Source: Callorhinchus milii
Lineage: Eukaryota
NCBI RefSeq assembly: GCF_018977255.1
Contig: NW_024704742.1
Location: forward strand, 22,880,001-22,944,000
Length of the DNA: 64,000 nt
Reading direction: 5' to 3'
Positions 63,650 through 64,000 of this stretch are shown here, in pieces. Under the pieces are notes generated by a model. The model was not told where the DNA came from. It did not search any database and saw only the letters and a list, made by a program, of their open reading frames with translations. The stretch's first letter is position 1, and each line of letters starts with the position of its first letter. A program made the translations under genes and the position numbers.

Positions 63650-64000
63650 CTCCTGATCGGCTCCTGATTGCCTCCCATCAGCGCCTCCTCACCTCAGGCG
63701 CTAACAGTATCACCATCCATGGTTGCACACTCCACCTTTCTAAGCGAGTCGGGAACCTTGGGGTTACTTTGACCCTCAACTATCCTTTCTACCCCACATT
63801 CACGCCATGACCCGTTCTGCCTTCCCCCACCTCCGCGACGTCGCCCGGCTCCGACACTGTCTCACACAGCAGGCCGCCGAAACCCTCATACATGCTTTCA
63901 TTACATTGAGGCTTGACTATGCAGACTCATTGCTTTTCGGTCTCCCTATCACAACCCAAAGGCTGCAGATCATCCAGAACTGTGCAGCCCGTGTCCTCTC
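63650..64000 (+). mobile_element. 5'-truncated L2 fragment running off the window end
   Basis: Homologous to 59280-59595 (AETLIHAFITLRLDYADSLLFGLP, LQIIQNCAARVL). Confidence 0.9.

Overview
Eukaryotic, intron-rich vertebrate genomic DNA, not a prokaryotic locus. The repeats (Deu-domain tRNA SINEs, abundant L2/CR1 remnants, Penelope-like palindromes) suggest a cartilaginous fish, possibly a chimaera/elephant shark; this is inference. The one host coding feature is the large N-terminal-domain exon (mammalian exon 2 equivalent) of the mineralocorticoid receptor gene nr3c2 on the minus strand, ~15944-17747, with canonical splice sites. Positions 1-15943 appear to be part of the following long intron; I saw no DNA-binding-domain exon. 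The ~19-27 kb region looks like the GC/CpG-richer 5' regulatory and non-coding exon region and is packed with very long simple repeats. The remaining ~37 kb is upstream intergenic DNA dominated by transposon remnants. I found no convincing novel multi-gene system. Best second looks: (i) the receptor N-terminus aligns to human METKGY... but both known start AUGs are missing; (ii) a 47-aa higher-order repeat in the Ser/Pro/Asn array; (iii) a promoter-side SINE copy with almost exclusively A>G/T>C changes; (iv) a SINE/L2 pair sharing a covarying 3' stem-loop; (v) Penelope-like hammerhead motifs in a palindrome split by a SINE tail; (vi) templated-insertion and fold-back scars at retroelement junctions; (vii) four copies of an unidentified, formerly coding repeat. 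Repeat boundaries were read by eye and are approximate. Family names and human sequence comparisons come from recalled motifs, not a database search.
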